Assembly (NCBI GenBank): GCA_025359845.1
Contig: JANYDT010000185.1
Location: 7,935-71,934, forward strand
Direction of reading: 5' to 3'
Length of the DNA stretch: 64,000 nt
From: Acidimicrobiia bacterium
Lineage (GTDB): Bacteria > Actinomycetota > Acidimicrobiia > Acidimicrobiales > JANYDT01
Shown here: positions 51,657 to 62,132 of the stretch, one piece after another
How positions within the stretch are numbered: position 1 is the first letter of the stretch
Layout: each line of letters begins with the position of its first letter
The notes under the pieces: generated by a model
The model's input: only the letters and a program-made list of their open reading frames with translations
What the model was told of the DNA's origin: nothing
Databases searched by the model: none
Made by a program: the position numbers and the translations under genes

Positions 51657-52438
51657 TGGCGGGCCGCCTCCTGGCGGGCGGTCAACCAATCGGTCAAGCG
51701 GGCCAGCGGGATGGTAAGGGCGAGGAAGAGGACCGCGGCGACGACATACGGCGTGAAATTGAAATGCTTCGCCGTCGCTGTTTGCGCCTCGCGTAAGGCC
51801 TCGATCGGCCCAACGGCGGCCACCAGCGCCGTGTCTTTTTGCAGCGCCACGAAATCGTTCAGCAGGGGTGGAATTACCCGCCGGACGGCTTGGGGAATGA
51901 TGACGAACCGGAACGACTGCCACTGGCTGAGCCCGAGCGATCGAGCGGCGGCCATCTGGCTTGGATGCACGCTGCGAATACCCGATCGAAATACCTCGGC
52001 CACGTAGGCGCCGTAGTTCAAAATGATGGCGACGGTAGCCCAAATGATGGCCTTGTTCCATGGACGGTTGAGCCCCAATGCGGGAATACCGAAGCCAAAG
52101 AGAAAGATCAGTAGCAAGGTCGGGACGCCGCGAAAGACGTCGGTGTAGATCGTAGCCAGGGCCCGGAACGGAAACAGCGCCGGCCCAGGAAGGTTACGCA
52201 CCACTGCCACCAGCAATCCGAGTGCGAGCACGGCCACCTCGGCGATCATGAACAGGCGAACGTTGAGGGAGAACGCTCGCAAGATCTTGGGAAATGAATC
52301 GGCAAACTCGTGGCCGTTAAAGAACGATTTGCGGACCTTGGGCCAACCCGGTGTCTTGACTACGACCAGCGCGATCGCGCCGAGAACACCGATCGTGCTG
52401 AGCGCCGCACGAAGGCCGGCGCGCCGCCCGGCGTTCAG
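51653..52438 (-). CDS. amino-acid ABC transporter permease (His/Glu/Gln/Arg family)
   Basis: The track ORF starts at TTG 52282, but the same frame stays open upstream and encodes a first TM helix ([17 protein letters not shown]...[15 protein letters not shown]). There is no ATG/GTG/TTG in that stretch. CTG 52438 overlaps the SBP stop (CTGA). Confidence 0.8.
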   Translation of the reverse strand: MNAGRRAGLRAALSTIGVLGAIALVVVKTPGWPKVRKSFFNGHEFADSFPKILRAFSLNVRLFMIAEVAVLALGLLVAVVRNLPGPALFPFRALATIYTDVFRGVPTLLLIFLFGFGIPALGLNRPWNKAIIWATVAIILNYGAYVAEVFRSGIRSVHPSQMAAARSLGLSQWQSFRFVIIPQAVRRVIPPLLNDFVALQKDTALVAAVGPIEALREAQTATAKHFNFTPYVVAAVLFLALTIPLARLTDWLTARQEAARQ

Positions 52439-53328
52439 GGCGTGAAGACGGGTGCGCTGGTGGCCTGGGCCAACTCAGTGTCTTGAATGGCGCCGAGTTT
52501 GCCCAGTTTCTTCAGTTTCTCGATGGTGACATTGATGCAGGTGACAAGTGGATTCCCCTTCTCGAAGAGCGCGCCGAATTGCTCTCCACCGCCAGTTGCC
52601 GCGAACTGGCCCACGACTTTCGAGTTCTCGATCTCCGCGCCGGAAATGTAAAAGGCGGTGGGCAGGTCTACCACGATGGCGTCAATCTGCTTTGAGGTGA
52701 GGGCGGCCTTGGCGCCGTTGGTGTCGTCGTAGACGAACGGCTGTTGGGAGGGTGCCACTGTCGTTTTGATAAAGTCAAGGCTCGTCGTGCCGACCTGGGC
52801 ACCGAACTTCAATACCTTCAGATCGGCGGTCGATTTAGCGTTTGCCGCCGGACTGCCCTTGAGGGCAAGGACAGCCTGGTTCACATCGTAATAGCCGGCG
52901 GAAAAGTCGACGGCTTGCTGGCGCTCCTTGGTTATGGAGATCTGATTGAGATCGAAGTCGAAGTCTTTCTTGCCCGGCGCAAAGCTGGAGTTGAAGGGCA
53001 CGACTTTCCACTTTACCTGGGCGCGGGTAAACCCGAGATCCTCGGCGATCGCGTACGCCACCGCGCTCTCGAAGCCTTTGCCGTTGGTAGGATCGTCGTT
53101 GGAGAACCACGGTGAATACGCCGGCTTATCGGTCCCGATAGTGAGTTGGCCGGCCTTGACCAAGTGCAGTTTGTCGACGGCACACTCGGGGGCAGCGGCT
53201 GCTGCGGCCGAAGTTTCGGGCCCGGCAACCGTGGTCGCGGCCGGTTTGTCGGCTTTGCCACACCCCACCATGAACACGCCGGCAAGTGTCGAGACCAGCA
53301 TCATCGATACGGCGGATGGCGAACGCAT
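52435..53328 (-). CDS. amino-acid ABC transporter substrate-binding lipoprotein
   Basis: Lipobox LAGVFMVGC, then a family-3 SBP pattern (LTIGTDKPAYSPWF...DFDLNQISIT...FGAQVGTTS...). Confidence 0.9.
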   Translation of the reverse strand: MRSPSAVSMMLVSTLAGVFMVGCGKADKPAATTVAGPETSAAAAAAPECAVDKLHLVKAGQLTIGTDKPAYSPWFSNDDPTNGKGFESAVAYAIAEDLGFTRAQVKWKVVPFNSSFAPGKKDFDFDLNQISITKERQQAVDFSAGYYDVNQAVLALKGSPAANAKSTADLKVLKFGAQVGTTSLDFIKTTVAPSQQPFVYDDTNGAKAALTSKQIDAIVVDLPTAFYISGAEIENSKVVGQFAATGGGEQFGALFEKGNPLVTCINVTIEKLKKLGKLGAIQDTELAQATSAPVFTP

Positions 53329-53373
53329 GGGCCAACTCTAGGACTGGTGCGGTTCCGATGCCAGACTCTGACC

Positions 53374-54522
53374 ATGCTCCATCGGCCGCGTGCACGGCGA
53401 TCACTTGATCCGGCGACGGTGGCGATCACCGCCGGCCGACCGCCCAAGGCTCCGGATGGCCCCCTCAACGAGCCGCCCGTGTTCGCGTCGACGTTTCACG
53501 CCGGCGGTCCGGTTGCGTACGGACGAGACGGCAACCCCACGTGGACCGCCTTCGAAGACGCGCTCGGTGCCCTGGAGGGCGGATCCGCCTTGGCTTTCGC
53601 CAGTGGAATGGGCGCCATCACCGCCGTGCTCGAGACCCTTCCGGTGGGCGCCTTGGTCGTGGCCGCCGAGCAGAGCTATTCGATAACCCGAGTCTTTTTG
53701 GAAGAACGAGCCGCGGCCGGGCGGTTTCGGCTCCGGCTCGTTGACATCGGCGACACCACGGCCGTGAGCGTTGCCCTGGACGGCGCTGCGCTCCTGTGGA
53801 CCGAGACCGTAACCAATCCGCTCAACGTCGTCGCCGATCTGCCTGCTCTCGCGGCGGCCGCGAAATTGGTGGGGGCCACGAGCGTGTGCGACGCCACCTT
53901 CTCGACGCCGTACGTCTTGCGGCCGCTCGATCACGGCATCGACATCGTCGTTCATTCGGCCACCAAGTTTCTTAGCGGGCACAGCGACGTCGTGCTGGGG
54001 GCGGTCGTCACCGCCGATCCTGCGCGTTGCGAAGCGGTGCGCCGCATGCGGTCGCACTACGGGGCCATTGCCGGTCCGATGGAAGTTTGGTTGGCGCTGC
54101 GCGGCCTTCGGACTCTCGGAGTGCGAATGGATCGGGCCATGGCCAACGCGCTCGATTTGGCGACAAGGCTGAGCACCCACGCCATGATCGAACGAGTGAG
54201 GTATCCGGGTCTGCCCAATGACCGTTGGCATGACCGGGCCACTGCGCTGATGCGTCGGGGGTTCGGTGCCATGGTCAGTTTCGATGTCGTGGGCGGAGCC
54301 GGAGCGGCCGAGGCCCTCTGCACGAGCACCGATCTGATCGTGCATGCCACCTCCCTCGGCGGAATCGAGTCGACGATCGAGCGGCGGCGCCGCTGGCCGG
54401 GCGAGAGTCGGTCGACACCCGAGAACCTCGTGCGCATGAGCGTGGGCTGCGAGGCCGTCGAAGACCTTTGGGCCGACCTTGACCATGCACTGACGATCGC
54501 CCGTCGGATTGCCGGTGCCTGA
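53374..54522 (+). CDS. Cys/Met-metabolism PLP-dependent enzyme (cystathionine gamma-synthase/lyase family)
   Basis: ORF 53146..54522 trimmed to ATG 53374. PLP-lysine motif VHSATKFLSGHSD and ...SLGGIESTIE... tail. Confidence 0.85.
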   Translation: MLHRPRARRSLDPATVAITAGRPPKAPDGPLNEPPVFASTFHAGGPVAYGRDGNPTWTAFEDALGALEGGSALAFASGMGAITAVLETLPVGALVVAAEQSYSITRVFLEERAAAGRFRLRLVDIGDTTAVSVALDGAALLWTETVTNPLNVVADLPALAAAAKLVGATSVCDATFSTPYVLRPLDHGIDIVVHSATKFLSGHSDVVLGAVVTADPARCEAVRRMRSHYGAIAGPMEVWLALRGLRTLGVRMDRAMANALDLATRLSTHAMIERVRYPGLPNDRWHDRATALMRRGFGAMVSFDVVGGAGAAEALCTSTDLIVHATSLGGIESTIERRRRWPGESRSTPENLVRMSVGCEAVEDLWADLDHALTIARRIAGA

Positions 54523-55133
54523 TGGAGCTGGGGGATGCCATCCACCGTCGGCGCATGTGTCGCGACTTCTCCGACGAGCAGATATCGCCGGAACTACTCG
54601 ACCGACTGCTTGACCTCGCCCGGCGAGTCCCATCGGCCGGCTACAGCCAAGGCTTCTCGTTTTTCGTGCTCGAGGGCGCGGACACGAGCCGATTCTGGAA
54701 TCGGACCCTGCCAGTTGAGGAGCAAACCCGGTTCATTTGGCCAGGCTTATTGCGGGCGCCGGTAATAGTGTTGCCGCTGGCGCACGCTGATACCTACATA
54801 AATCGCTACTCCGAGCCCGACAAAATTAAAGCTGGGCTCGGGACGAGCGCTGAATCATGGCCAATTCCGTATTGGTACACCGACTGTGCGATGGCGGTAC
54901 AGAATTTGCTGCTCGCCTGTACTGCGGAGGGGCTCGGCGCGCTTTATTTCGGCATATTCCGTAACGAGCCAGAGCTATTGCAAGACTTGGGTATTCCCGT
55001 TGGCTATCGGCCGATCGGGGCGGTCGCTTTGGGCTGGCCGACGGCGTCGGCGGGCGCGAGCCGAGCGGAAGGGTCGGCGGCCACTCGTGCTCGGCGGCCG
55101 ATCGGTGAGGTTGTGCATCGAGGCCGGTGGTGA
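54522..55133 (+). CDS. nitroreductase-family protein
   Basis: AIHRRRMCRDFSDEQISPELLDRLLDLARRVPSAGYSQG is the nitroreductase N-terminal pattern. The ATG overlaps the upstream stop (TGATG). Confidence 0.8.
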   Translation: MELGDAIHRRRMCRDFSDEQISPELLDRLLDLARRVPSAGYSQGFSFFVLEGADTSRFWNRTLPVEEQTRFIWPGLLRAPVIVLPLAHADTYINRYSEPDKIKAGLGTSAESWPIPYWYTDCAMAVQNLLLACTAEGLGALYFGIFRNEPELLQDLGIPVGYRPIGAVALGWPTASAGASRAEGSAATRARRPIGEVVHRGRW

Positions 55134-55245
55134 GCTCGTAATCAGGCGGCTTGGAGGTCGGCGGGTTGTGGGGTGCCGCCATCGTCTTGGGTTGAGGGGC
55201 CCATGCGGCTCGCGTCGTGGGGGCCCTTGCGGCTGGGTTTGTCGC

Positions 55246-56040
55246 TCAACCCGCTCGCAGCTCGGCTACCACCGCGTAGTGGTCGCTCGGGTGCACGCCG
55301 TCGACGGGACGGTTGCCCGCGATCCAGGCCCGGATGGGGGTGCCGAGCGTCTTGGGTCGCGGCCAACTGATGAGCAGGTAGTCGATGCGGCGATTGGGCC
55401 ACGTGGAATCGGCGACGTAGGGGTTGGCATCGTGCCAGGTGTGGCCCGGCCCTTCGCCCACCAACTCCCACGCGTCCTGAAAGATGAGTCCGTCGACGGG
55501 TGGTGAGGTGCGGCCCGTGAGTTGGCGAATCTCGTCGCTGTCGGCCACCGCATTGAGGTCGCCGCCCACTATCACCGGGAAGCTCCCGGCGTCGTGTTGC
55601 TGCTTGACGAACTTGGCCAGCGCGGAAGTCTGGGCCACCCTCGTCGTGGATTGATCGAACCGGTACTCGGTGTGCACGCTCACCACCGGAATGGCCCCCG
55701 ACGGTGCATCGACCACAGCCATCAATGCGCTGCGATGGCTGGGCTCGCCTTCGAGGGTTGGGAGTCGGACCGACTCGACGCCGAGGATGGGCCAGCGCGA
55801 CAAGATGGCGTTGCCCAAGCTCATTCCGTTCCAGTACGGAGCCGGAGTGCGAGCATGGTGAAATCCGAGTCGATCGGCGAGCATCGCCGCTTGGTCGTCG
55901 CCGGAGTCTTCGGCCCACACCTCTTGCAGGCACACGAGATCGGGAGCTTCGTCTCGAAGTACAGTCATGATGGCGGGTTGACGGGCTTCCCAAGGTCCGA
56001 AACGCCACCACAGATTCCACGTCATCACCCGCACACTCAT
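55246..56040 (-). CDS. endonuclease/exonuclease/phosphatase (EEP) family protein
   Basis: VMTWNLWW...PDLVCLQEV...GGDLNA...SDHYAV motifs. Confidence 0.85.
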   Translation of the reverse strand: MSVRVMTWNLWWRFGPWEARQPAIMTVLRDEAPDLVCLQEVWAEDSGDDQAAMLADRLGFHHARTPAPYWNGMSLGNAILSRWPILGVESVRLPTLEGEPSHRSALMAVVDAPSGAIPVVSVHTEYRFDQSTTRVAQTSALAKFVKQQHDAGSFPVIVGGDLNAVADSDEIRQLTGRTSPPVDGLIFQDAWELVGEGPGHTWHDANPYVADSTWPNRRIDYLLISWPRPKTLGTPIRAWIAGNRPVDGVHPSDHYAVVAELRAG

Positions 56041-56068
56041 GTTTCACTCCCGGCGGCGCAGTGCTCGC

Positions 56069-57292
56069 TCATGCGCAGGAAGGGCGGGTGGCGCCGTCGA
56101 TCATGCGCACAGTCTTGTTGGTGGCCACGTCTTTGAAGAACAGCGTGAAGCGTTCGGGCTTCGGATCAGCGGTCGGATCGATCGCCGACGGGTCGTAGTA
56201 GTAGCCCGAGTAGGCCATGTGTGTGCTGTCGGCGGCCCAGCATTGACCGTCTTGAATATTGACGTCGTTCTTGTTGGTTCCTCGATGGGACAGATGCGTG
56301 ACCCGTTGCGAGGCGAGGTCGATCACCTCATTGGCCACCGGATTTTCGACGGCGCTCGAGTGGATGCTCCACGTGGCGAGCAGTTTGCGGCCATCGGCGG
56401 AGACCTCGAGGTCGGGCATGCGTCCGAGTTCGATGCCGGTGCGGGTCAAGCCGATGGTGCGCCCCGAGGTCACGTCGGTCTTCATGATCAGCCACTCCGT
56501 GTTGCCCGCAGCCCCCGCCCCTCCACCGAGATTGGTCGTCCAATAGAGGGCCTCGCCGTCAGGGGCGAGCGCGGGTCGGCCAGTCAGCCACTCGCTGCCC
56601 TCCGTAACGGCGGAGCCTTGATGATCGTCGGCAATCTTCGTGGCCGCCGGTGATCGTTGGGCCCGGAGAGCGGCGAAGACCCGGTCGCGCGCGGCGATGG
56701 TGAACACCGGCCGAGGCGGTGCCGTCGTGCTCGTCTCGAGGAAGAGGTCGTTGTATTCGTTGTCGTTGCGACCGGTATAGGCGCGGACCGTGGCATCGCC
56801 GGACAGATCGTCGAACGGAACGACTGTATAGCGACCGCTGGCCAGATCGAGGAGCGCGGTCTGTTTCTCGAAATGCAGACCGAGTTGCTTGCCATCTCTT
56901 GTCAGGGTGCCCGATAAAGGCACTCCGGCGGCTGGTGGAAGGGCGACCGCTTTGGCGCTGCGGTATGGCGGATCGGCCATTCGCACCCCATTCGCCGATC
57001 CGTACACGGCCCGTCCATTCGACGCCAGGCTGACCCATGTGGCCTTGCCCGACAACGGGAGAGCGACGGCCGGCGATGTTGCGAGGAACGACTCGACATA
57101 GGCCGATCCCCTCAACAGATATGCCACTCGACCGGCTTCCGCGGGTTTCGCCGATCCTGAAGCCGACGCCGATGTCGGCACCGGCCGTTGGGCCACGTTC
57201 AACGTCGGTGCCGGCGACCGGGTTGCGATCGACGTCGGTGGCACCACGGCAGCCGCCATTGCAGCGACCGAGAGGACGCGACCAAAGAACAT
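56069..57292 (-). CDS. hypothetical secreted protein (possible beta-propeller)
   Basis: N-terminal hydrophobic signal-like segment VLSVAAMAAAVVP. Repetitive beta-rich sequence with DG/SADG motifs. No family recognised. Confidence 0.55.
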   Translation of the reverse strand: MFFGRVLSVAAMAAAVVPPTSIATRSPAPTLNVAQRPVPTSASASGSAKPAEAGRVAYLLRGSAYVESFLATSPAVALPLSGKATWVSLASNGRAVYGSANGVRMADPPYRSAKAVALPPAAGVPLSGTLTRDGKQLGLHFEKQTALLDLASGRYTVVPFDDLSGDATVRAYTGRNDNEYNDLFLETSTTAPPRPVFTIAARDRVFAALRAQRSPAATKIADDHQGSAVTEGSEWLTGRPALAPDGEALYWTTNLGGGAGAAGNTEWLIMKTDVTSGRTIGLTRTGIELGRMPDLEVSADGRKLLATWSIHSSAVENPVANEVIDLASQRVTHLSHRGTNKNDVNIQDGQCWAADSTHMAYSGYYYDPSAIDPTADPKPERFTLFFKDVATNKTVRMIDGATRPSCA

Positions 57293-57353
57293 GCGTTCAG
57301 CGTAGGGTCTGCGCGCGTCGGTGTTGGTCGATGAGTGTCGGGGGATGTATGCG

Positions 57354-57579
57354 TCAGTTCACCGACGCAGGGGGCACGACCCAACTGGTGGATTGGCGCG
57401 CGACTCGGGTGATGTGATCGAAGTCGGCGTCGTAAGTGCAAGATCGTCGCTCCGTAGTACTCGGCCGTTGCCACCGTGACCAGTTCGCTGACTCCAGCTG
57501 CTCGATGCTGACTCGCCTTCGACAGTTGCGACAGCACAGCCCGAAGTGAACTCCGACTCACCGCCCGTAACCACTTCAC
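57354..57579 (-). pseudogene. orphan, N-terminally truncated and frameshifted PIN (VapC) remnant
   Basis: KWLRAVSRSSLRAVLSQLSKASQHRAAGVSELVTVATAEYYGATILH, then after a 1-nt shift (AA at 57434-57435 on the plus strand) YDADFDHITRVARQSTSWVVPPASVN-stop. The first acidic PIN motif and any antitoxin gene are absent. Confidence 0.6.
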
Positions 57580-57613
57580 TTCGGCCTGTCAACAAGCCCA
57601 GGTCGTCGTACGA

Positions 57614-60156
57614 CTAACGGAAGTCGCGAGCCAGGGGACCTTCGTACAGTGCGGAAACCTTGGCGGCGTCGAAGTTCAGTACGGCGGCGCGGATGGCTGA
57701 CTCGTGAAGATCGAGAACGCGCAACGTTCCGTCCGTCGCCTTCGCAATTGATTCGATCCGCACGAAAGAGTCACCGTGCAGCTCGGCATAGCGAGCGAGG
57801 GCCTGAAGCTTTGCCTTGTGTCGGCGAGGTAGTCCCCGTGCGGGTCCACAATCGAGGCGGCGAAGCTGCCGTCGTCGCGGCGGCTGACGATGATGAAGTC
57901 GACCTGGAGTGATCGCCACACGCCGGCATCGTCTCGATAGGCGATGCGCAGCGAGGCGGGAGTGGGCCGGGCCGGGTTGCGATACCACGCGACGAAGCTG
58001 GGCCGCGCTATTTCGGCCGTGAGCACATCGCGTTCCCAGCTGTTGAGGTCAGCAGGAAAGTCGCCGGCAGTGTCCGAGTACAGATGACCTCGGTACAGCG
58101 GCAGCTCCTGCCCAGCGGTTCGACGGGTCGCCGCAGTGAGATTGTTGCGCAGGTCGATCGTGACCCGCTCCGGGTTGATGGTGTGTTCCATAACGCGTCG
58201 GTACGCGTCCCGAACTGCGCCGGTGGTGTTCCTGATCTCAGCAGCGAAAGCCGCTAGCTGCGTCGTTACCCACGACGTCGCTGTCCGCTCGATTTCTGGA
58301 ACGATCTCGGGAACGATCAGGAGCGCGGCCACCTCGACGAGCACGTCGATCGGATCGGTATCGTCGTCGTCTTGCTCGGCGCGGTGTACCCGGTGGACCC
58401 AGTAGTCCTTCCCTGCGCCCTCTTTGACCGACTTCATCAACTTGCGGCACTCCCGTTCGATATCGGCGTCCGCCGCGTCGATTTGGTGGGTCGATCGCCG
58501 GACTTCGGTGCCAATCACTGACAATCGCGTGCGCAGGATGTCGGCATGCTCGATGTTGTGCACGTTTGCCGCGACCGCCTTGGCGTGCTCGACCGTTAGT
58601 CCATCGAGCCTGGCATTGATCGCGTCTCGAAGTATTGCGCCGGCCTCGGGCAGCAGCGCCGCCGTGCTATGCGCGGTATCGGTGAGCAGCCTTGCGAGGT
58701 CTTTGGCTCGACGCAGAGGACTTGCGTGAGCGTCGGGTGCGGGTAGCGACGGTAAAACCTCGATCCGCTGAAATGCTTCAGCCGACACGTGAGGATTCCG
58801 CTCGAACACCTTGGGCGCTCGAATCACCGCCGGACCAACTCGGCCCTCCGAGCCCAACGCGCCGGTACCTTCCAGCTCGCTCTTGATCGATGCCAGTGCA
58901 TTTCGGTCGAACTTTGGTAGAAAGCACGCAACGGAGTTCAGCGTGTCGTCGGTAGCGATGCGGTGGGTGAGTGGTGAGCGGACCATGCGGCCGATCACCT
59001 GAGCGATGTGAGTGGCGTCCTTGGCCGGTCGCTCGCTGTACAGAACCTCGGCCCGTTGACAGTCCCATCCGGTCGAGATCGCCGTCTTGGCCAGCACGAC
59101 TCGGACATGGGGGTCGCTCTGGATCCCCTCCGGCTGTACCCAGTCGACGGCCCGGGTGCCGAGGTGCAGTCGCTCGTGTTCGCCGAACACGTGAGCGACC
59201 GCACTCGGCTGGAGGCCAGGCCACTCCGACTCGATGACTGTGACGAGTTCTGTCAAATGGTCGTCGGTGGCTTTGTCGACCACCTGCACAACCAGCACCG
59301 GCTCGACACACGGCTCGTCTTGTTCTTCGGCATAGGCAGCCCACCGTCGGTCGTAGTCCAGCGCGGCGCGGACCGCCTCACGCAACAGAGTTGTTCCGAA
59401 TCCGCCTTTCTCGTCGGGTTCGTCGAGTCCGATCTCGTCTTTCACCAGACCTGATGCCCGGACCCGCTCGATGTCGACTTCGACAGGCGGATAGATGGTG
59501 CGATCAGTGGCGCCGGCCATCGCGGTGGTGAAGCGAGCGATCGTGGCCGAGATACCCCACACCAATGGCATCGGGGGATTGGCGCCTGGTGCGCCGGACA
59601 CGATGCGCTGGACGATTGTTGTGCGGTCAGCGGCAGGCTTCACTCCTCGGTGAGCCTCGTCGAGCACCAAGTACAGATCGTTGGCGCCACCGTTGATCGT
59701 GTTGCGAATGACCTCCCACATTGAGTACTGGCGAAGATTGCGACCGCCTTGGGCGAGTCCGCTGTTCTTCGAAAGCTTTTGTACGTTGAGGAAGTACACG
59801 AACCCTGGGAGCAGCGCGTCACCGAGAAAGTCGTTGTCGAGCACTGCAAGTCGGGCGGGCTGCAGGAGATCCGAACTCGCGAGCATCTTGTTTCTGGTCT
59901 GACGGTTCAGCGCGGGATCGTCTGTCACCCAAAGGAACGTCGCCCGACGGTCACCGTCGGTTCCCAGATCCGCAGAGCCATGGATCATCGCCTCGATCAC
60001 GGCCGTCGCGATGACGGTCTTGCCTGATCCGGTGATCGCCGACAAGGCGAAGCTCGACTGACTCCGGTCGGCTTTCCAATCGCGGCGGCCGCGCGTCAGT
60101 TGCTTGAGGCAGCCGAGCGCGGCGTCACGCTGGTAGTCGAACAATGCGTACTTCAC
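57614..60156 (-). pseudogene. res: Type III restriction enzyme Res subunit (DEAH helicase + C-terminal nuclease), frameshifted near the 3' end
   Basis: GTG 60156 overlaps the mod stop (GTGA). Motif I AITGSGKTV, motif II LVLDEAHRG. Nuclease-like LQVDFIIVSRRDDGSFAASIVDPHGDYLAD. The last ~65 codons (KAKLQALARYAELHGDSFVRIESIAK...) continue in ORF 57614..57988 after loss of one A near 57814-57819. Confidence 0.75.
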
Positions 60157-61874
60157 GAAAGCCGTCCCTGGTTGATCGCGAATGTCGTCAGGTAGTTCTC
60201 GTAAAGCCGAACCGCGTCCACGGTCGCGGGGAGGGCTTCTACGACACCGGCGAACGTTGAGGGAGAGTCGGTCACGACGTACACGATGGACGCAGACTCG
60301 GGGAGCTCGGCGACGAACGCGCGCCACTCATCGGAGTCGAACAATATTCCGTAACGCCCCGCGAACGCGAACGGCACCGACCGACCCTCGCTGTCAGGAC
60401 GCACCTCCACCATGGGGCCTTGACCACCGGCGCGCATCCAGAGCAGGCGCCACTGCGGCGAACGCTCGATCGAGTTCGACGTCGATAGGGTCGAGGTACG
60501 CGAGCTTCATAAACGCGACGTTCTCGTCGAATCCTTCCGACATGGGGAACTCGTCGGTGAACTTGTAGTCGCCTTTCACCGGCGCACCGTCTGGCGTCAA
60601 TCCCGTCAACGCGGCCTCAATCCGGGGGCGGGTAATTTGTTCGAAGATGCCGAGCGCCTCCCACTGCGCATCACCGTCGAGGTATCCCCGCTCGGTGAGC
60701 AGCCTCGCTTCGTCCGCCGACACCTCGTTGTTTGTGACCAAGATCGACTGCCGCCGCCCGCCGTCTTGTCGGTTCAATCGCATTACCCATGTGCCGTCGT
60801 TCCCGATCCGGCGAAGAAGTCGAGGATCACCGCGTCGGGTTTGTCGCCTACCGCCACTCGCACTGCGTCCTCAACCGCGTACAGCGACTTCGGAAATGGG
60901 AAGGCACGCCCACCGAGTAACCGCTTCGTGAGGAGGCTCCCATGTTCGCCAGCGCGATGAGTCTGGCGGTTCCACACGGTCTTGACGACTTGTCGTTCGC
61001 GGCCCGACGACTGGAGGATCACCGCTCCTTGGTCGTCACAACCGAGAACGTTGATCTCCCCTGACCCGATACGCCCGATCTGTGCTCGTCCTAGATACAG
61101 CACCGACCATCGGTCGTTCTGTCGATCGTGCGCGCCAACCTTTGCGTGGCCAGCTGCCAACAAGTCTCGGAGATAGGCCGCTGAGGCGCGCCAATTCCCT
61201 TCTTCGCCTGTTGTTCGCAACGGCCAAACGGTCACGAGACCGAGCTTGACAGGAACCGAGTTCCGATCTGCGTGAAGAGAAAGCGAGTCCCCTACTTCTG
61301 CGACTACTTTCGCTATTGGGTCGACAAAGATCGGATAGAAGAGGTTCGGACGATCCTGCCGACGAGAGTTGGTTCCGCCGCGTAGTAACCACTCCCAGCG
61401 CACCTGGGAACGCGTTGGAACATCCTCGACACTCAGGAAGTCATCCATCGACGGCACCGGACACGCACTCCCGACAAAGACGAAAAACGCATACTCTTCG
61501 ACCCTCGCGAGTTCCTGACGGCGGGCCTGACCCAGGGGGTTGATGACGATCGTCACCATCTGGACTTTGGCACTCGGAAACACTTGCTGGAGTAGCAGCC
61601 CGAGTCGCAAGTACTCCTTTTCGTCGATCGTCACGATCAGTACCGAGTTATCGGGATTCAGAAGCTGCTTGGCCAGTAAGAGACGGCGCTGCATAAAGGC
61701 CAACCATTTGCTGTGCCGGTAGCCGTCCTCGGAATCGACGTAGTGGTTGTCGTATTTCCAGTCCCGTGCGCCGGTGTTGTACGGCGGGTCGATGTAGATG
61801 CAGTCGACCTTGCCGGCATGAGTGAGAATGTCAAGCGGGATTGGCCCCAGCGCGCGCGTTTGTTTTGGCCCCAC
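60153..61874 (-). pseudogene. mod: Type III (beta-class) DNA methyltransferase Mod, two frameshifts
   Basis: Motif IV CIYIDPPYNTG comes before motif I DFFAGSGTTAH (beta order). The three ORFs 60783..61874, 60394..60783 and 60153..60437 join as ...GSGTTAH|(A)VMRLNRQDGGRRQSILVTNNE... and ...AFAAVAP|LLWMRAGGQGP..., each junction needing one extra base. The N-terminus is shorter than usual. Confidence 0.75.
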
Positions 61875-62102
61875 CTGTTGGGGTGAGTCCGGTGGCTGGG
61901 CGTCGGCTGTGGCGTTGCCGCAGTTTACCGCCGAGGGCAGTGGTGAAAGGTCGAAGCGAAGCGGAGAGCGTTTCTTGTTGACCGGGAGAGGGCTTCGTTG
62001 ATTGCCGGATGTGCCCGTGCGGCGTTTCAGGCGCGATCACGCCAAGGTTTTCAGGCGTCCGAGCGGATCAGCTACGACCACCACATTCCGAATCGGCCGT
62101 CT

Positions 62103-62132
62103 CATAGCTGTATAGTGATCCATACAGCTATG
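62103..62132. promoter_or_regulatory. perfect 11-bp inverted repeat overlapping the HTH gene start
   Basis: CATAGCTGTAT-agtgatcc-ATACAGCTATG; the right arm contains the ATG at 62130. Confidence 0.5.

Noticed and set aside
53401-54633. 410-aa minus-strand ORF
   Set aside because: It is antisense to the PLP-dependent Cys/Met enzyme gene, and is Arg/Gly/Pro-rich with no motifs.
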